Shown: positions 27,800 to 38,444 of the stretch, piece after piece
Position numbering within the stretch: position 1 is the stretch's first letter
Layout: each line of letters opens with the position of its first letter
From: an uncultured Verrucomicrobiae bacterium
Lineage (GTDB): Bacteria; Verrucomicrobiota; Verrucomicrobiia; Limisphaerales; JAFGQR01
Assembly (NCBI GenBank): GCA_963788655.1
Contig: CAWBHS010000088.1
Coordinates: 96,001 to 160,000 of the forward strand
DNA: 64,000 nt
Direction: 5' to 3'
The notes under the pieces: generated by a model
What the model was told of the DNA's origin: nothing
Seen by the model: only the letters and a program-made list of their open reading frames with translations
Database searches by the model: none
Program-made: the position numbers and the translations under genes

Positions 27800-28409
27800 T
27801 GGATTCCCATAAAGCCGAAGCTTCGAAGGTGCCGGCCGCGGCTTTGGACAGCGCCACCAACAGCCCGAAGGCTACCGCGCCCGTGCCCGTATGCACGACG
27901 GCGACATCGCCAAACTTGACGATGCCCACCAGCAGCGACACCAGAAAAATTTCGTTCAAGCTCCACAGATTCACATATTGCACGACGCGATGAGCCAGGC
28001 GACGGACGGCAATCCACTGCGTGGGGCGGGTGAAGCCCAACACACCCCAGCCGAGCAACTGCAAGGCAGGCGCAACGAGAACGCCCAGAACGAAGAAGGT
28101 CCCAATGAAGTATTGCTGACTCTGATAAAGCCGGCCGGCCGCCTGCACGATATTGAATTGATTGTAGTTTCCCATGAAGACGACCGACGCGATGGGAAAC
28201 ACCATCGCCGGCACGTAAACGATTAACGCGCCCAGCACCAGCCAAGCCGTTCGCGAACGGGCCGCGGGTTTGAACCAGCCCAGCCGCGCGCCGCAACGGA
28301 CGCAATCGTACGCCGCTCCTGGCGGTGCCGGTCCCTGGCATTGGACCAGATGACAAACTTCGCACGCCATTACGGGCTTGGCTGGGGTTACGTCCGGTGG
28401 GTTTTTCAT
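27777..28409 (-). CDS. pqiA: Paraquat-inducible protein A (single-domain)
   Basis: CEVCH...CVRCGARL, YVPAMVFP, WSLNEIFLVSLLVGIVK. Confidence 0.85.
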   Translation of the reverse strand: MKNPPDVTPAKPVMACEVCHLVQCQGPAPPGAAYDCVRCGARLGWFKPAARSRTAWLVLGALIVYVPAMVFPIASVVFMGNYNQFNIVQAAGRLYQSQQYFIGTFFVLGVLVAPALQLLGWGVLGFTRPTQWIAVRRLAHRVVQYVNLWSLNEIFLVSLLVGIVKFGDVAVVHTGTGAVAFGLLVALSKAAAGTFEASALWESNEHQESS

Positions 28410-29644
28410 CGAAACCTTACGAGTGGATTGCCCGGCGTTTCCTCGCTGGCTGCGGAAATCATCGCGGCACCCGGCCCGGCGGATTGCTGCTGCCGGGCGG
28501 CAGGCGGTTCCGGCAGAAAGAAGAACAGGATGCCCAGGATCAGATACACCGAAAGCAATTGCACGCCTTCGAGCCAGTTGCTCTCGCCATCGCCGCTGAT
28601 CTGGCCGGCGATCCAAACCGCCAAGGTGAGGGCGGCAATTTCCGGCAGCGAAAATTCGAGGTCCATCGGCTGGCCAAAGGCGTAGGAAGCGAAGAGGAGG
28701 ATTGGCGTGACAAACAACGCCACCTGCATGCTCGAACCCACCGCGATGCCGAGGCTGAGGTCCAGCTTGTTTTTGAGCGCCATCATGACCGCGGTGGCGT
28801 GCTCGGCGGCATTGCCCACAATCGCCACCACCACGATGCCCACAAAGATCTCCGTCAGCCCCAAACTCTGGCGCGCGTCCTCGATGGAACTTACCAAAAA
28901 ATGGCTGAGCCAGGACACCAATGCCGTGGCCACCAATAAAATCACAAGCGCCTGGGGCAGCGACCAACCTGCTGGGGACTTGGTCTCCTTATTTCTGCCG
29001 GGAGGAGGGGTGGCCCCACGGAACAGGTGTTGGTGCGTGACCAAATAAAAGATCATCGAAACGCCGTAAGTGACGAACATCACCACCGCGATGCCGAGGG
29101 ACAACCGTTGTTCGGCCGGGCGGCTCCAACCGCCGGCGCGGGTGTCCGCGGCCAGATGAAAGACCGTTGGGATGATTAAGGCCACCACCGCCAAACTGAG
29201 GGAGGTGGCGGAAATGCGGGCGCCGGCTTTATTGAACGTTTGCCGCGGATAACGCAAACCGCCGGCGAGAAACGAGCCGCCCAACACCAGCAAAAGGTTC
29301 CCCAAAATGGAACCGGTTAAGGACGCTTTCACCACGGTAACCAATCCCTTGGATAAGGCCATAAGGGCAATGATCAATTCGGCAGCATTGCCGAAGGTCG
29401 CGTTCAACAAACCGCCCACCCCCGCGCCGGTGTGGGCGCCCAAGTGCTCAGTTGCCCGTCCCATCCAACCGGCCAGGGGAATGATCCCCAATCCGGCTAC
29501 GACGAATAACACCGTCGGTCGCTGCCACCCCGGCACATAGCGAATAGCGAAGGCAGCCGGGACGGCGATCAGCAGCGCATCGAGCGGCGACACTTCCAGT
29601 TGGCGCGCGAGAGACTGGAGACGGGTTATGCCGGTGTTCCCCAT
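28406..29644 (-). CDS. cax: Ca2+/H+ antiporter (CaCA/Cax family)
   Basis: NATFGNAAEL, GSILGNLLLVLG, GNAAEH, GSSMQVAL, DGESNWLEG. Confidence 0.93.
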   Translation of the reverse strand: MGNTGITRLQSLARQLEVSPLDALLIAVPAAFAIRYVPGWQRPTVLFVVAGLGIIPLAGWMGRATEHLGAHTGAGVGGLLNATFGNAAELIIALMALSKGLVTVVKASLTGSILGNLLLVLGGSFLAGGLRYPRQTFNKAGARISATSLSLAVVALIIPTVFHLAADTRAGGWSRPAEQRLSLGIAVVMFVTYGVSMIFYLVTHQHLFRGATPPPGRNKETKSPAGWSLPQALVILLVATALVSWLSHFLVSSIEDARQSLGLTEIFVGIVVVAIVGNAAEHATAVMMALKNKLDLSLGIAVGSSMQVALFVTPILLFASYAFGQPMDLEFSLPEIAALTLAVWIAGQISGDGESNWLEGVQLLSVYLILGILFFFLPEPPAARQQQSAGPGAAMISAASEETPGNPLVRFR

Positions 29645-29704
29645 GGAACTGGATCCCCTCCCACTGAACCTGGATCAGTTCCGGGTGATCGATGCTCAGG
29701 CCGA

Positions 29705-30070
29705 TCATTGCGCGGACGTCGAACCTTCATGTTCGTTGGGTTTGACGGTGATGTTGTTTTCGACGTTTTTAACGCCGGGCACCTGTTGAGCAACTTTGCC
29801 GGCCTGTTCCTTTTGTTTCTCGGTGGTAACAAAACCGCTGAGTTGAACGGTGCCCCGGAAGGTGGTTACCACCACTTCGTCCAGTTTGTACACCGGACTG
29901 TTTTCCAGCGCGTCTTTAACGCGTTCGGTCACGGCCTTGTCATCGATGTATTGGCCGGTGCTGCGATTGGCGTGCGTGCTGGCGCATCCCGCCACTCCGC
30001 CCAGACACAAGCTGAAGGCGACACCGAGCATGGCGCTGACGCTGACGAGTTTGTTTGATAATGTTTTCAT
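29705..30070 (-). CDS. BON-domain lipoprotein (OsmY-like)
   Basis: Lipobox VAGC; GQYIDD, VTTFRGTVQLSGFV, VPGVKNVENNI. Confidence 0.9.
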   Translation of the reverse strand: MKTLSNKLVSVSAMLGVAFSLCLGGVAGCASTHANRSTGQYIDDKAVTERVKDALENSPVYKLDEVVVTTFRGTVQLSGFVTTEKQKEQAGKVAQQVPGVKNVENNITVKPNEHEGSTSAQ

Positions 30071-30092
30071 GAATTACTTGAGTTAGTCTTGG

Positions 30093-30275
30093 TTAGTTTT
30101 TCTTGCGCGGCAGCCGTGTGCGCTTCGTTTCAGCCAAGTCTTGGAGCTGGGCTTTGCTCATGGAATCATACATCGACTTGGAGGCGCCTTTCAGGGAAGC
30201 CTTGCTGCGCTCCCCTTTTTTCGCCGACAGCGCGGCGCCGGCTGCCATTTGTTGTTTCTTTGATGTTGCGGGCAT
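30093..30275 (-). CDS. DUF3008 small basic protein
   Basis: MPATSKKQQMAAGAALSAKKG...LKGASKSMYDSM. Confidence 0.85.
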   Translation of the reverse strand: MPATSKKQQMAAGAALSAKKGERSKASLKGASKSMYDSMSKAQLQDLAETKRTRLPRKKN

Positions 30276-30534
30276 AATGAGGAATGTGTGCTACCCAGTT
30301 CGATTAACTGTCGGTCTTACCTTTAAGCCGGGCGCGTGCCAGACTGGAGGAATGGGGCAATTCGGCAGCAACTGTCTCCAGGCCAAGCGAACAGACCCAC
30401 CTTTTGAATATCGAGCAACAAGTGTTCGGCGTGCAGAACGCAGTGAGTTCAGGATTCATGAGATGCACTTTGCAACGCTGCGCAGTGAGCGGGAGAACTT
30501 CCCCCGTCGATACGGCCCTCAATGCCGCTGCGAA

Positions 30535-30741
30535 TCACTCGACGGCAAAGCCGACCTTCAGGACCACCTGCCATTGTTTGACTTTGTTTCCGGCAATCTG
30601 GCCACGCGTATCGACAACATGAAACCACGTCAGGTTTTCGATCGTCTTGCCGGCCCGTTGCAGGGCGGTGTTTACCGCGTCCTCGATGCTTTCCGTCGAG
30701 GTGCCGGAGAGTTCGATGAGTTTATAAACTTTGTCTTCCAT
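30535..30741 (-). CDS. Dodecin (flavin-binding)
   Basis: VYKLIELSGTS...A.KT...L.WF.V...RG......WQV.LKVGF. Confidence 0.92.
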   Translation of the reverse strand: MEDKVYKLIELSGTSTESIEDAVNTALQRAGKTIENLTWFHVVDTRGQIAGNKVKQWQVVLKVGFAVE

Positions 30742-30780
30742 AGCTCAGGACATAAGTAATGGTTTCGACGGCAAATCGCT

Positions 30781-30933
30781 TCAGCCATTTCGTTTGAAAA
30801 ACTGCACTTCGCGCTCGTGCTGCTCGGCTGCCTGGCGCGTGTCGAAAGTCCCCAGATTCCGGTGCTTGCCGGTTCGAGGATCCGTTTTCCGCGAATACAG
30901 CCGGTATTTGCCAGACTTCAATTTGCGAATCAT
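30781..30933 (-). CDS. Small basic hypothetical protein (50 aa)
   Basis: MIRKLKSGKYRLYSRK...RNLGTF...AAEQHEREVQFFKR, co-oriented with dodecin. Confidence 0.7.
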   Translation of the reverse strand: MIRKLKSGKYRLYSRKTDPRTGKHRNLGTFDTRQAAEQHEREVQFFKRNG

Positions 30934-31565
30934 AACGAATGGGGCAGCGTTTATGGCGACGAGCGCCACCTTGACCTGCTGGCGGAGTCCGATCATGACC
31001 CCGCTCACTTTTACAGTTTACGTCTGGACGGGAAGTTGCCTATTGGCCAAAGCCTGAATGTCGCCCGCGAATTGCCTGATAGGATGTCCTCATTGCCCGC
31101 TGGTTCCGCGAGGCGGAGCAACCGACTTCGTCCCCGAGTGCGCCATCAGAAACCGGACCCGCTCCCTGAAGGGCAGGGCCCCAGAGTTCTGGATTGCGCC
31201 AATCCCCGTCCACGGTGCGCTGAGCGATTCGGACGGGCTCGGGAGGAGTCGGGGGGCGCACGGGTTGCGGAGGCCGAGGAGGTCGCACGGGCTCCGGCGT
31301 ATCGGGCGGTTTCCTGATCGGTTTTCGGGGATTGGGCGGCTTGATGGGCTGAGGTTTCTCGGGTGGCTTTTCCGGTTGTGGAGGTGTTTGTGCAAGCCAG
31401 TTGACGGCAGGCAGTTCGAAGCGAAAACAAAGGCCACTGCGTTTGGATAAGAAAATCGACATTTGCGTTGATGAACAGACATGCATGGAAAAACCATAAC
31501 CGTAATTCAGGCCTTTGCACTCCGGAAAAGGTGGAGTTGTGAGGGACTAATTCCTGACATTCAAC

Positions 31566-31859
31566 TCAAGGAATCCGCAAGCCACCTCGGGTGAGGTAGT
31601 CTCCCAGGGTCAGCGTAATCATAATGAACAACCAGAAGAAGCCGGCGGCAACGAAGACCCATGTCAATCTTGAGCTATACCGCACGTGCATGAAGAACAG
31701 GATCACCAATAGCATTTTGGCAACCGCAATCGTCATGGCGGCGACGATATTCCATGGCCCAAAGTCAAACTCGGCCACCGCCCAAGTCAGGAACAATAGA
31801 ACGAGTAGGCAGATCCAGATGATAAAATACGTTGGCTTGGAGGGCTGGTCAGCGTTCAT
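31566..31859 (-). CDS. ctaF: Cytochrome c oxidase subunit IV
   Basis: IAVAKMLLVILFFMHVRY; last gene of the cta operon. Confidence 0.88.
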   Translation of the reverse strand: MNADQPSKPTYFIIWICLLVLLFLTWAVAEFDFGPWNIVAAMTIAVAKMLLVILFFMHVRYSSRLTWVFVAAGFFWLFIMITLTLGDYLTRGGLRIP

Positions 31860-32497
31860 GCGTGTCGGTCAATCAGGTATAACAACGGGTAGAGGAAGAT
31901 CCACACAAGATCTACAAAATGCCAGTAGAGTCCACAGATCTCCACCGGCGTGTAGTAGCGTTCGGAAAATCGTCCGCGTTGGGCCAGGACCGTGATCACG
32001 CTCAGCAGCCCGATGCCCACGGTTACGTGAATGGCGTGCAAGCCCGTCATGGCCCAATACAGCCAAAAGAAGAGTTGAGCGTGCAGCGGGAGTGCCGGGT
32101 TGAATTGAGGTCCTGGCACGAGGTGTTCCACGAAGTCCTGGTGGTATTCGAATCCTTTAACCACGAGAAACCCCAGCGCGAATAGCAACGTCAGCAGGAG
32201 CCATCGCCCAGTTGATCGCGTTTGACTCGCTTGCGCCGCTTGAACCGCCAAGGCCATGGTCAGACTGCTCGTCAGCAGAATTGCCGTATTGAGCGTGCCG
32301 TAAAACAGATTGGTATGGCGACTGCCAATGGCGAAGCTGTCCGGATAAACGTGCCGATAGAGGATGTACGCCATGAACAGTCCGCCAAAGAATAACACTT
32401 CCGTTGTCAGGAAGGTCCACATGCCAAGGTGCGACGCCTCGGATTGTTGCTCGGCGTCTTCAAATTGTTCCGCCAATACAGAGGGTTGCTCAGGCAT
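31856..32497 (-). CDS. ctaE: Cytochrome c oxidase subunit III
   Basis: [31 protein letters not shown]. Confidence 0.93.
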   Translation of the reverse strand: MPEQPSVLAEQFEDAEQQSEASHLGMWTFLTTEVLFFGGLFMAYILYRHVYPDSFAIGSRHTNLFYGTLNTAILLTSSLTMALAVQAAQASQTRSTGRWLLLTLLFALGFLVVKGFEYHQDFVEHLVPGPQFNPALPLHAQLFFWLYWAMTGLHAIHVTVGIGLLSVITVLAQRGRFSERYYTPVEICGLYWHFVDLVWIFLYPLLYLIDRHA

Positions 32498-34160
32498 GGA
32501 CAGTCACCTCCTCCCCCCGGTCCGCCAGTGGCGGGTAGTTGTAGGCTTCTTCTTCGACGATCGGTGTTTCATGGAAATTGTGCTTAGGCGGAGGCGAGGG
32601 GGTGGTCCATTCCAGACCCGTGGCTCGCCAGGGATTGGCACCAGCCTTTTTGCCGTGAAACAGCGACCAGACGAGATAGATCACCGGCAACAAATAGGCC
32701 ACTCCGAGAATCGAAGCGCCGGCGGTGGACAGCACATGAAAAATCTGGAACTCCGGCGGATACGCATGATAGCGCCGCGGCATTCCGAGATATCCCATCA
32801 GGAACTGCGGAAAGAACGTCAGATTGAATCCGACAAACATGATCAGCGCCGACAGTTGGCCGGCGCGTTCGGGATACAAGCGCCCGGTAATCTTCGGCCA
32901 CCAGAAATGCAGCCCGCCCATGAAGGCCGTCACCATGCCGCCCACCATGATGTAATGAAAATGCGCCACCACGAAATACGTGTCGGTGACATGCACATCC
33001 ACCGCCAAAGCGGCTAGAAAGAGCCCCGTCAAACCGCCGATGGTGAACAGCCCGATGAAACCCAGTACATACAGCATCGGCGTTTCGAAGGTAATCGAGC
33101 CGCGATACAGAGTCGCGGTCCAGTTGAACACCTTGATGGCCGAAGGAACCGCCACGATAAAACTCAAAATGGAGAAAACCATGCCGGCATAAATGGACTG
33201 GCTGCTGACAAACATGTGATGCCCCCAGACCAGAAAACCAATCACGGCAATCGCCAGACTGGAGAAGGCAATAAAGTGATAGCCGAACACTTTCTTCCGG
33301 GAAAAGCAGGTGATGACCTCGCTGACCACTCCCATGCCCGGCAAAATCATGATATAGACCGCCGGGTGCGAATAGAACCAAAACAGGTGTTGGAACAGCA
33401 CCGGATCACCGCCCAGTTTGGGATCGAAAATCCCAATGCCCCAGATCCGTTCCAGACACATCAAGGCCAGCGTGATTGCCAGGACCGGGGTGGCCAATAC
33501 CAGGATCAAGCTGGTCGCATACATCGACCAGAGAAAGAGCGGCAACCGAAACCAGGTGAGCCCGGGCGCGCGCATCTTTTGAATGGTGATGATGAAATTG
33601 AGCCCGGTTAGAATGGAACCAAAGCCGGCGATAAAAATGCCAGCCGCCATTTCCACCACGTGCGTGTTCGAGTAAGCGCTGCTATACGGCGTGTAGAACG
33701 TCCAACCCGTATCGACCCCGCCAATGATGATGGCATGGAGCGCCACCAGTCCCCCGGTGATAAACAGATACCAACTCAACAGATTCAGTTTCGGAAACGC
33801 GACATCCCGGGCGCCAATCATCATCGGGATCACAAAGTTTCCCAATACCGCCGGAATCGAGGGGATCAGGAAGAACCACACCATCAGCACGCCATGAACG
33901 GTGAAGAGTTTGTTATACGTCTCCGACAACACGAGATCGCCCTGCGGCGTGACCAGCTCCAGGCGCATCAACGCGGCGGCCAGCGCCGCGATCAGAAAGA
34001 AGAACAGGATCGAGAACAGATACAGGATGCCAATCCGCTTGTGGTCGGTCGTCAACAGCCAGGAAGCCACCGTGTGGCCGGCGCTCAGGTAGTTCTCCTC
34101 CGCTTCCGCCGGGGGAGCGGCGGCGGGCAGGGCCGCAGTGCGTTTCGAGTTCGAGTTCAT
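32490..34160 (-). CDS. ctaD: Cytochrome c oxidase subunit I (A2 type, YS motif)
   Basis: [29 protein letters not shown]. Confidence 0.96.
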   Translation of the reverse strand: MNSNSKRTAALPAAAPPAEAEENYLSAGHTVASWLLTTDHKRIGILYLFSILFFFLIAALAAALMRLELVTPQGDLVLSETYNKLFTVHGVLMVWFFLIPSIPAVLGNFVIPMMIGARDVAFPKLNLLSWYLFITGGLVALHAIIIGGVDTGWTFYTPYSSAYSNTHVVEMAAGIFIAGFGSILTGLNFIITIQKMRAPGLTWFRLPLFLWSMYATSLILVLATPVLAITLALMCLERIWGIGIFDPKLGGDPVLFQHLFWFYSHPAVYIMILPGMGVVSEVITCFSRKKVFGYHFIAFSSLAIAVIGFLVWGHHMFVSSQSIYAGMVFSILSFIVAVPSAIKVFNWTATLYRGSITFETPMLYVLGFIGLFTIGGLTGLFLAALAVDVHVTDTYFVVAHFHYIMVGGMVTAFMGGLHFWWPKITGRLYPERAGQLSALIMFVGFNLTFFPQFLMGYLGMPRRYHAYPPEFQIFHVLSTAGASILGVAYLLPVIYLVWSLFHGKKAGANPWRATGLEWTTPSPPPKHNFHETPIVEEEAYNYPPLADRGEEVTVHA

Positions 34161-34170
34161 TTAAGACGTT

Positions 34171-35115
34171 TCATTGCGGCGCCTCCGGCTGTTTGTCCCC
34201 GATGCTTTTGAGATAGGCAATCAGTTGGAACAGTTCCTCCTCACTGATATGCCCCTGAAAAGTGGGCATCAACGGTTCGTACCCACCGGCCACTTCGGAA
34301 GCCGGCAGCAGAATCGAATCGCGAATATAACGGTCATCCGCGCGAACCACGCGGCCGTCGGTCAGCGGCACCAGTTTGCCGTATAGGCCTTCCAACCGCG
34401 GCGCGCGCACGGTGCCTTTGCCCACATGACAACCGCTGCAACCCAGTTCCCGGAACAGTCGTTCCCCCGATTGCGCGAGCGTGTCGCCCACACTGCCCTG
34501 GTGCAGCCATTCCTGGTATTGAGCCGGTGGCAGGACATACACCGTACCAATCATTTTGGAGTGGTCCGTTCCGCAGAATTCGGCGCAATACAAATGGTAA
34601 ACTCCCACTTTCGTCGCTTGGAACCACTCGGTAACAAAGCGTCCGGGCACCACGTCCTGCTTGATCCGGAATGCCGGGATATAGAAACTGTGGATCACAT
34701 CTTCGGACCCCAGCGTCAATTTCACCGTTCGGCCTACCGGAATGTGCAGTTCATTAATCTCCCGGTTTCCCTCTTGGTGTTGCACCTTCCACATCCATTG
34801 TTTGCCGACCACATTGATCTCCAGCGTATCAGCGGGGGGCACTTCCATGTCAAAATACACCCGTGCTCCCCAGGCAAACATGCCCATCGCTAGCAAAAAG
34901 GGAATAACCGTCCAGATGATTTCCACCTTCGTGGTCGAAACGCGCAAGGGCGCCCGATTGGCGCGATGCCCCCGCCGATACTTGAATAGAAAATAGATCA
35001 TCGGCAGAAAGACAATCGCCAAAATGAACCCGCTCATGGCGATCAGAAAAAAATAGAGGTGATCCACCTGCACGGCCGTGGTGGACGCCTGGTCGGGGAA
35101 GAAAGGGAATTTCAC
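34171..35115 (-). CDS. ctaC: Cytochrome c oxidase subunit II with C-terminal heme c (caa3 type)
   Basis: DVIHSF, CAEFCGTDHSKM CuA ligands, CSGCH. Confidence 0.95.
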   Translation of the reverse strand: MKFPFFPDQASTTAVQVDHLYFFLIAMSGFILAIVFLPMIYFLFKYRRGHRANRAPLRVSTTKVEIIWTVIPFLLAMGMFAWGARVYFDMEVPPADTLEINVVGKQWMWKVQHQEGNREINELHIPVGRTVKLTLGSEDVIHSFYIPAFRIKQDVVPGRFVTEWFQATKVGVYHLYCAEFCGTDHSKMIGTVYVLPPAQYQEWLHQGSVGDTLAQSGERLFRELGCSGCHVGKGTVRAPRLEGLYGKLVPLTDGRVVRADDRYIRDSILLPASEVAGGYEPLMPTFQGHISEEELFQLIAYLKSIGDKQPEAPQ

Positions 35116-36074
35116 CGGATCCGACTCCTTTCAGTTGCTGCGTGGCGCATCGAGTCTCCGGGGCATTCCGGTAAGTTGGGTAAGTCGCGGGAACGGTTGC
35201 GTTCTCTCCGCCGGCGCCGAGCCAGTGTGATCATCACTCCCGCGAGCCCCAGGAGCGTCGCTACCCCACTGATCCGCACAATCGTCATGACGAGGTTTCC
35301 ATACTTGCCGGTGAGCGGACTGTAATGAAAGCACAGCAGAATGAATTGCTCGACTGGTGAGCCGACCTTCTGGTGGGTGGCATCCTGCAATGCCGCATCC
35401 AATTCCTTGGGCGAAAAACTCACGCCAAACAAATAGCGCGCCACTTTGCCGTCCGGTGTCAGGATGATCAGCCCACTGGGATGGGCATACTGTTGAATGC
35501 TGGGATCGTAAGCGTAGCCAAAACCCACCTCCTGCGCGAGCTGGTGGATTGCGGATTCATTCCCCGTGAGAAAATGCCATCCCGCCGCGGCGCCGTGGCG
35601 ACCGTAACGCTTGAGATAAGTCTGCTTTTTGGCGGCCGCCAGCTTCGGGGTCTCCTTCGGATTAATGCTCACATTGACCACGGAAAACTGCTTGCCCATG
35701 TCCAGCTTCAAGTCCTGCAACGCTTCCACCATCCCGTTCAGCACGAGCGTGCAGAGCATCGGGCACTCGTAATAACCCAGCACGAGAATCACGGGTCGCT
35801 GCCCAAAATAGTCACCGAGCTTGACTACGGTTCCGTCTTCGTCACGAAACGGCAGGTCCAGTGAGACTTGGCCGTTCAGTTTCTGGATGAATTTGATCTC
35901 GCTCAGCTTTTCGTCGGAGAGGGAGCTGGGAGCGCCCTGCGCAGCGAAGGCGGTGGCATCATTCAAAAGAAGCAGTGCCAGCGCAGGGATCAGCAAACTC
36001 AAGGCTGGCCGAGAGGCGCATTTGGTAAAGCGTTTAGGTCCGCATGCATTGATTTTCTTGTTTAGGCTGTTCAT
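35112..36074 (-). CDS. SCO-family copper chaperone
   Basis: YYECPMLC, WHFLTG, YAHP; C-terminal TM segment. Confidence 0.9.
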   Translation of the reverse strand: MNSLNKKINACGPKRFTKCASRPALSLLIPALALLLLNDATAFAAQGAPSSLSDEKLSEIKFIQKLNGQVSLDLPFRDEDGTVVKLGDYFGQRPVILVLGYYECPMLCTLVLNGMVEALQDLKLDMGKQFSVVNVSINPKETPKLAAAKKQTYLKRYGRHGAAAGWHFLTGNESAIHQLAQEVGFGYAYDPSIQQYAHPSGLIILTPDGKVARYLFGVSFSPKELDAALQDATHQKVGSPVEQFILLCFHYSPLTGKYGNLVMTIVRISGVATLLGLAGVMITLARRRRRERNRSRDLPNLPECPGDSMRHAATERSRIR

Positions 36075-36580
36075 CGGTTTCGTGACCTTTCTCGAATGAG
36101 TTCCAGACTCGACTTGCCCGTGCGCGGAGGAGCGTTGGTCGCTCGGACCGGCAGTCCCTGCTGGAGAATCAAGTCGATGGCACGCGCAATGGGAAGGCGC
36201 ACAATCCCGGATTGACGATCGATCCAGCCGTAGGTGTTCAGCTCCGTCGCTTCCTGCGCCTGGAGCGCAACGAGATCGTCGTGCGGGTTGACCTGCAGGT
36301 TCGGCCCGGGGAAACGCTGGAAGAGCCCGAGCGAGGGCGCCGTGATAGTGCCTCGCGCCCGGACGGTCTGGTCGAGCGGACGGTTTTGGGCCCAGTTGCC
36401 GATGATCGCCCAGACGAGACCCATGCACACGACCATCATGAGGATCACCAGTCCCCCCACAAACCAGATCCGGCCGATGGACGGATTCTGCGCCTCGTGT
36501 TTTCGCCGGAGCGATTCAGGCATTCCGCTGGGCACTTCAGGTTGGGTTTGCATGGGCCAAAGCGGGTTGAGGATGTTCAA
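36071..36580 (-). CDS. Alternative complex III small subunit (ActG-like)
   Basis: One TM segment; P.LQ..P...L..YGWID...G.VRLPI.RA; located between actF and sco. Confidence 0.7.
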   Translation of the reverse strand: MNILNPLWPMQTQPEVPSGMPESLRRKHEAQNPSIGRIWFVGGLVILMMVVCMGLVWAIIGNWAQNRPLDQTVRARGTITAPSLGLFQRFPGPNLQVNPHDDLVALQAQEATELNTYGWIDRQSGIVRLPIARAIDLILQQGLPVRATNAPPRTGKSSLELIRERSRNR

Positions 36581-37722
36581 TGCGAGGATCGTTCTGCACG
36601 AGCAGTGCCGGCCGTTTCAGATGGGAGGCGAACAGCGCGAACCAGAGTCCGCCCAATCCCAGCACCGCGGCGAAATCCAGCCAGTGGACGTGCAATCCCG
36701 TGCGGAAAAAAGCTCGGCTGAATGATCCAGAATCCTTCCACGACGTGCATGCCAAAGATCAGCGCCGCCAGGACCACGAGCCGGGCAATGTTCTGCTTCA
36801 TCGCGCGGAAGAGCAGCAGAAAGAACGGGATGAAGAAATGGAACAGGGCCAGCAGGCCAATGACCCATTTCCATCCGCCGGCAATGCGGTGCAGATACCA
36901 ATCAATTTCGTGCGGGAGGTTGCCCGAATAGATCACGAGCAATTGGGAGAACCTCACGTAGGTCCAGAAAATAACGAACGCCAGCAGCAAGTTGCCGAGG
37001 TTGTGAAAATGCGTCCGCGTCACCACTTCCCGAAAGGGAGAATGGACTCGAAACCAGGCGAGCACGAGCGTCACCAACGCAAACGCGGACAGAACCTGCC
37101 CGATCAGCACGATTACCAGAAAGATGGTCGAATACCATTGGGGCTCGGCGGACATGACCCAATCCACCCAGGCGAACGTCGCGGTCAGCGGATAAATGAC
37201 CATGCCCGGGCCACTCAACGTGCGCATACGAATGGTCGGGGCTAGGTCGGAAGTGGCGTCCTGTTGCCGCGACCATTTACGCAACCAGAACGCCAGCACC
37301 ATCCACACCAGGAAGTAGCAGACAGCGCGGGCCATAAACCAGGGCGCGTTCAGATATCCCTGTTTTTTCTGCAAGGTCTCACTCGCTGCGACCAGCGTGG
37401 GCTGCGCCCACGGGTAGAGTTCACGGAGACCGAAACACAAGGGAACAAACAAGACCGCCATCACCGGCAAGGTCATGAAGCCCGCCTCCAGGAATCGCCG
37501 CGTTACGAATCCCCAGCGGCCGCCAGTGAGGTGGTGAATCATCGCCACCCCCAGACAACCGAGCGACAAGCCCAGCCAGAAGGTGTAACCAAACAGATAG
37601 GAAATGAAGAACTGCCGGGGATTCAGCGCCAGGCCCAGGCCACAGCAGGCCAGCCCGAGACATCCGGTAAAGAAGCCGGCACGTTGAAGTCGATTCACCT
37701 GGGCATGGATTTGCGAGTTCAT
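36577..37722 (-). CDS. actF: Alternative complex III subunit F
   Basis: HHLTGGRWG, DWVMS...WYSTIF, FWTY..FSQ...IYSGNLP.E. The C-terminus may be frameshifted. Confidence 0.85.
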   Translation of the reverse strand: MNSQIHAQVNRLQRAGFFTGCLGLACCGLGLALNPRQFFISYLFGYTFWLGLSLGCLGVAMIHHLTGGRWGFVTRRFLEAGFMTLPVMAVLFVPLCFGLRELYPWAQPTLVAASETLQKKQGYLNAPWFMARAVCYFLVWMVLAFWLRKWSRQQDATSDLAPTIRMRTLSGPGMVIYPLTATFAWVDWVMSAEPQWYSTIFLVIVLIGQVLSAFALVTLVLAWFRVHSPFREVVTRTHFHNLGNLLLAFVIFWTYVRFSQLLVIYSGNLPHEIDWYLHRIAGGWKWVIGLLALFHFFIPFFLLLFRAMKQNIARLVVLAALIFGMHVVEGFWIIQPSFFPHGIARPLAGFRRGAGIGRTLVRAVRLPSETAGTARAERSSH

Positions 37723-38331
37723 GGCGGTCCGTTCTCCAGTTTCGCGCGTTCGTCAGCGGGCACATCATCGAGGGTCGCATGCCGGCTCAATTGCAGCGCG
37801 CGGATATAGGCGGCGATGGCCCATCGATCGCTGGGTTCCACCCGTGAGGCATAGGAATACATCACGCCGTAGCCACGGGTCATCACGTCAAACAAATGGC
37901 CGACTGGCGCCTTGCGCAATCGATCGATGTGATACGACGGCGGCGGAGGAAATCCCCGCTGCACAATCATGCCATTGCCTTCGCCCGTGCGGCCGTGACA
38001 CACCGAACAGTAAATGTTGAAACGTTCCTGCCCACGCTCCAGCACCGCGCGCGTGATCGGGATGGGAAATTCCGTGATCAAATTCGTGCCGATCATTCCC
38101 GTGTATAGAGCTTCGTCGTTCCGCAACTGACCCCGGGCGCCACCGTGTGCGGCGGCAGCGGTTGCGATACGGCGCCATCCTCGAAGAAATCAATCGTGCC
38201 CCGAGCGGCTTGGATTTCGGCTGATCGAACATGTCCGGCCGGCAGCCGGTGACGCAGATAATGGCGCCGAGCCAAACAAGAGCCAGCGCGTGATGGAGAT
38301 TCGAAATCCAACTGCCGAAATCCGAAAGCAT
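37719..38331 (-). CDS. actE: Alternative complex III monoheme lipoprotein; frameshifted, start uncertain (38331 or 38446)
   Basis: VTGCRPDMFDQPK lipobox in ORF 37888-38388; CSVCH...RWAIAAYIRALQ in ORF 37719-38126. Confidence 0.85.
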
Positions 38332-38444
38332 CCGAAAAGTCGAATCCCAAATCTGCCAGCCACGGCAGCGTTCGTGGCCAAGCGGCATTCGAGTTTCGAC
38401 CCTCGGATTCTACGGCGAACTTCGGATCTCGGACTTCGGCTTTC
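38299..38444. repeat. Degenerate heptamer (AATCCGA/TCGGATT) inverted-repeat element at the actD/actE junction
   Basis: gccgaaatccgaaagcatccgaaaagtcgaa faces ctcggattc...cttcggatctcggacttcggc. Confidence 0.65.
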
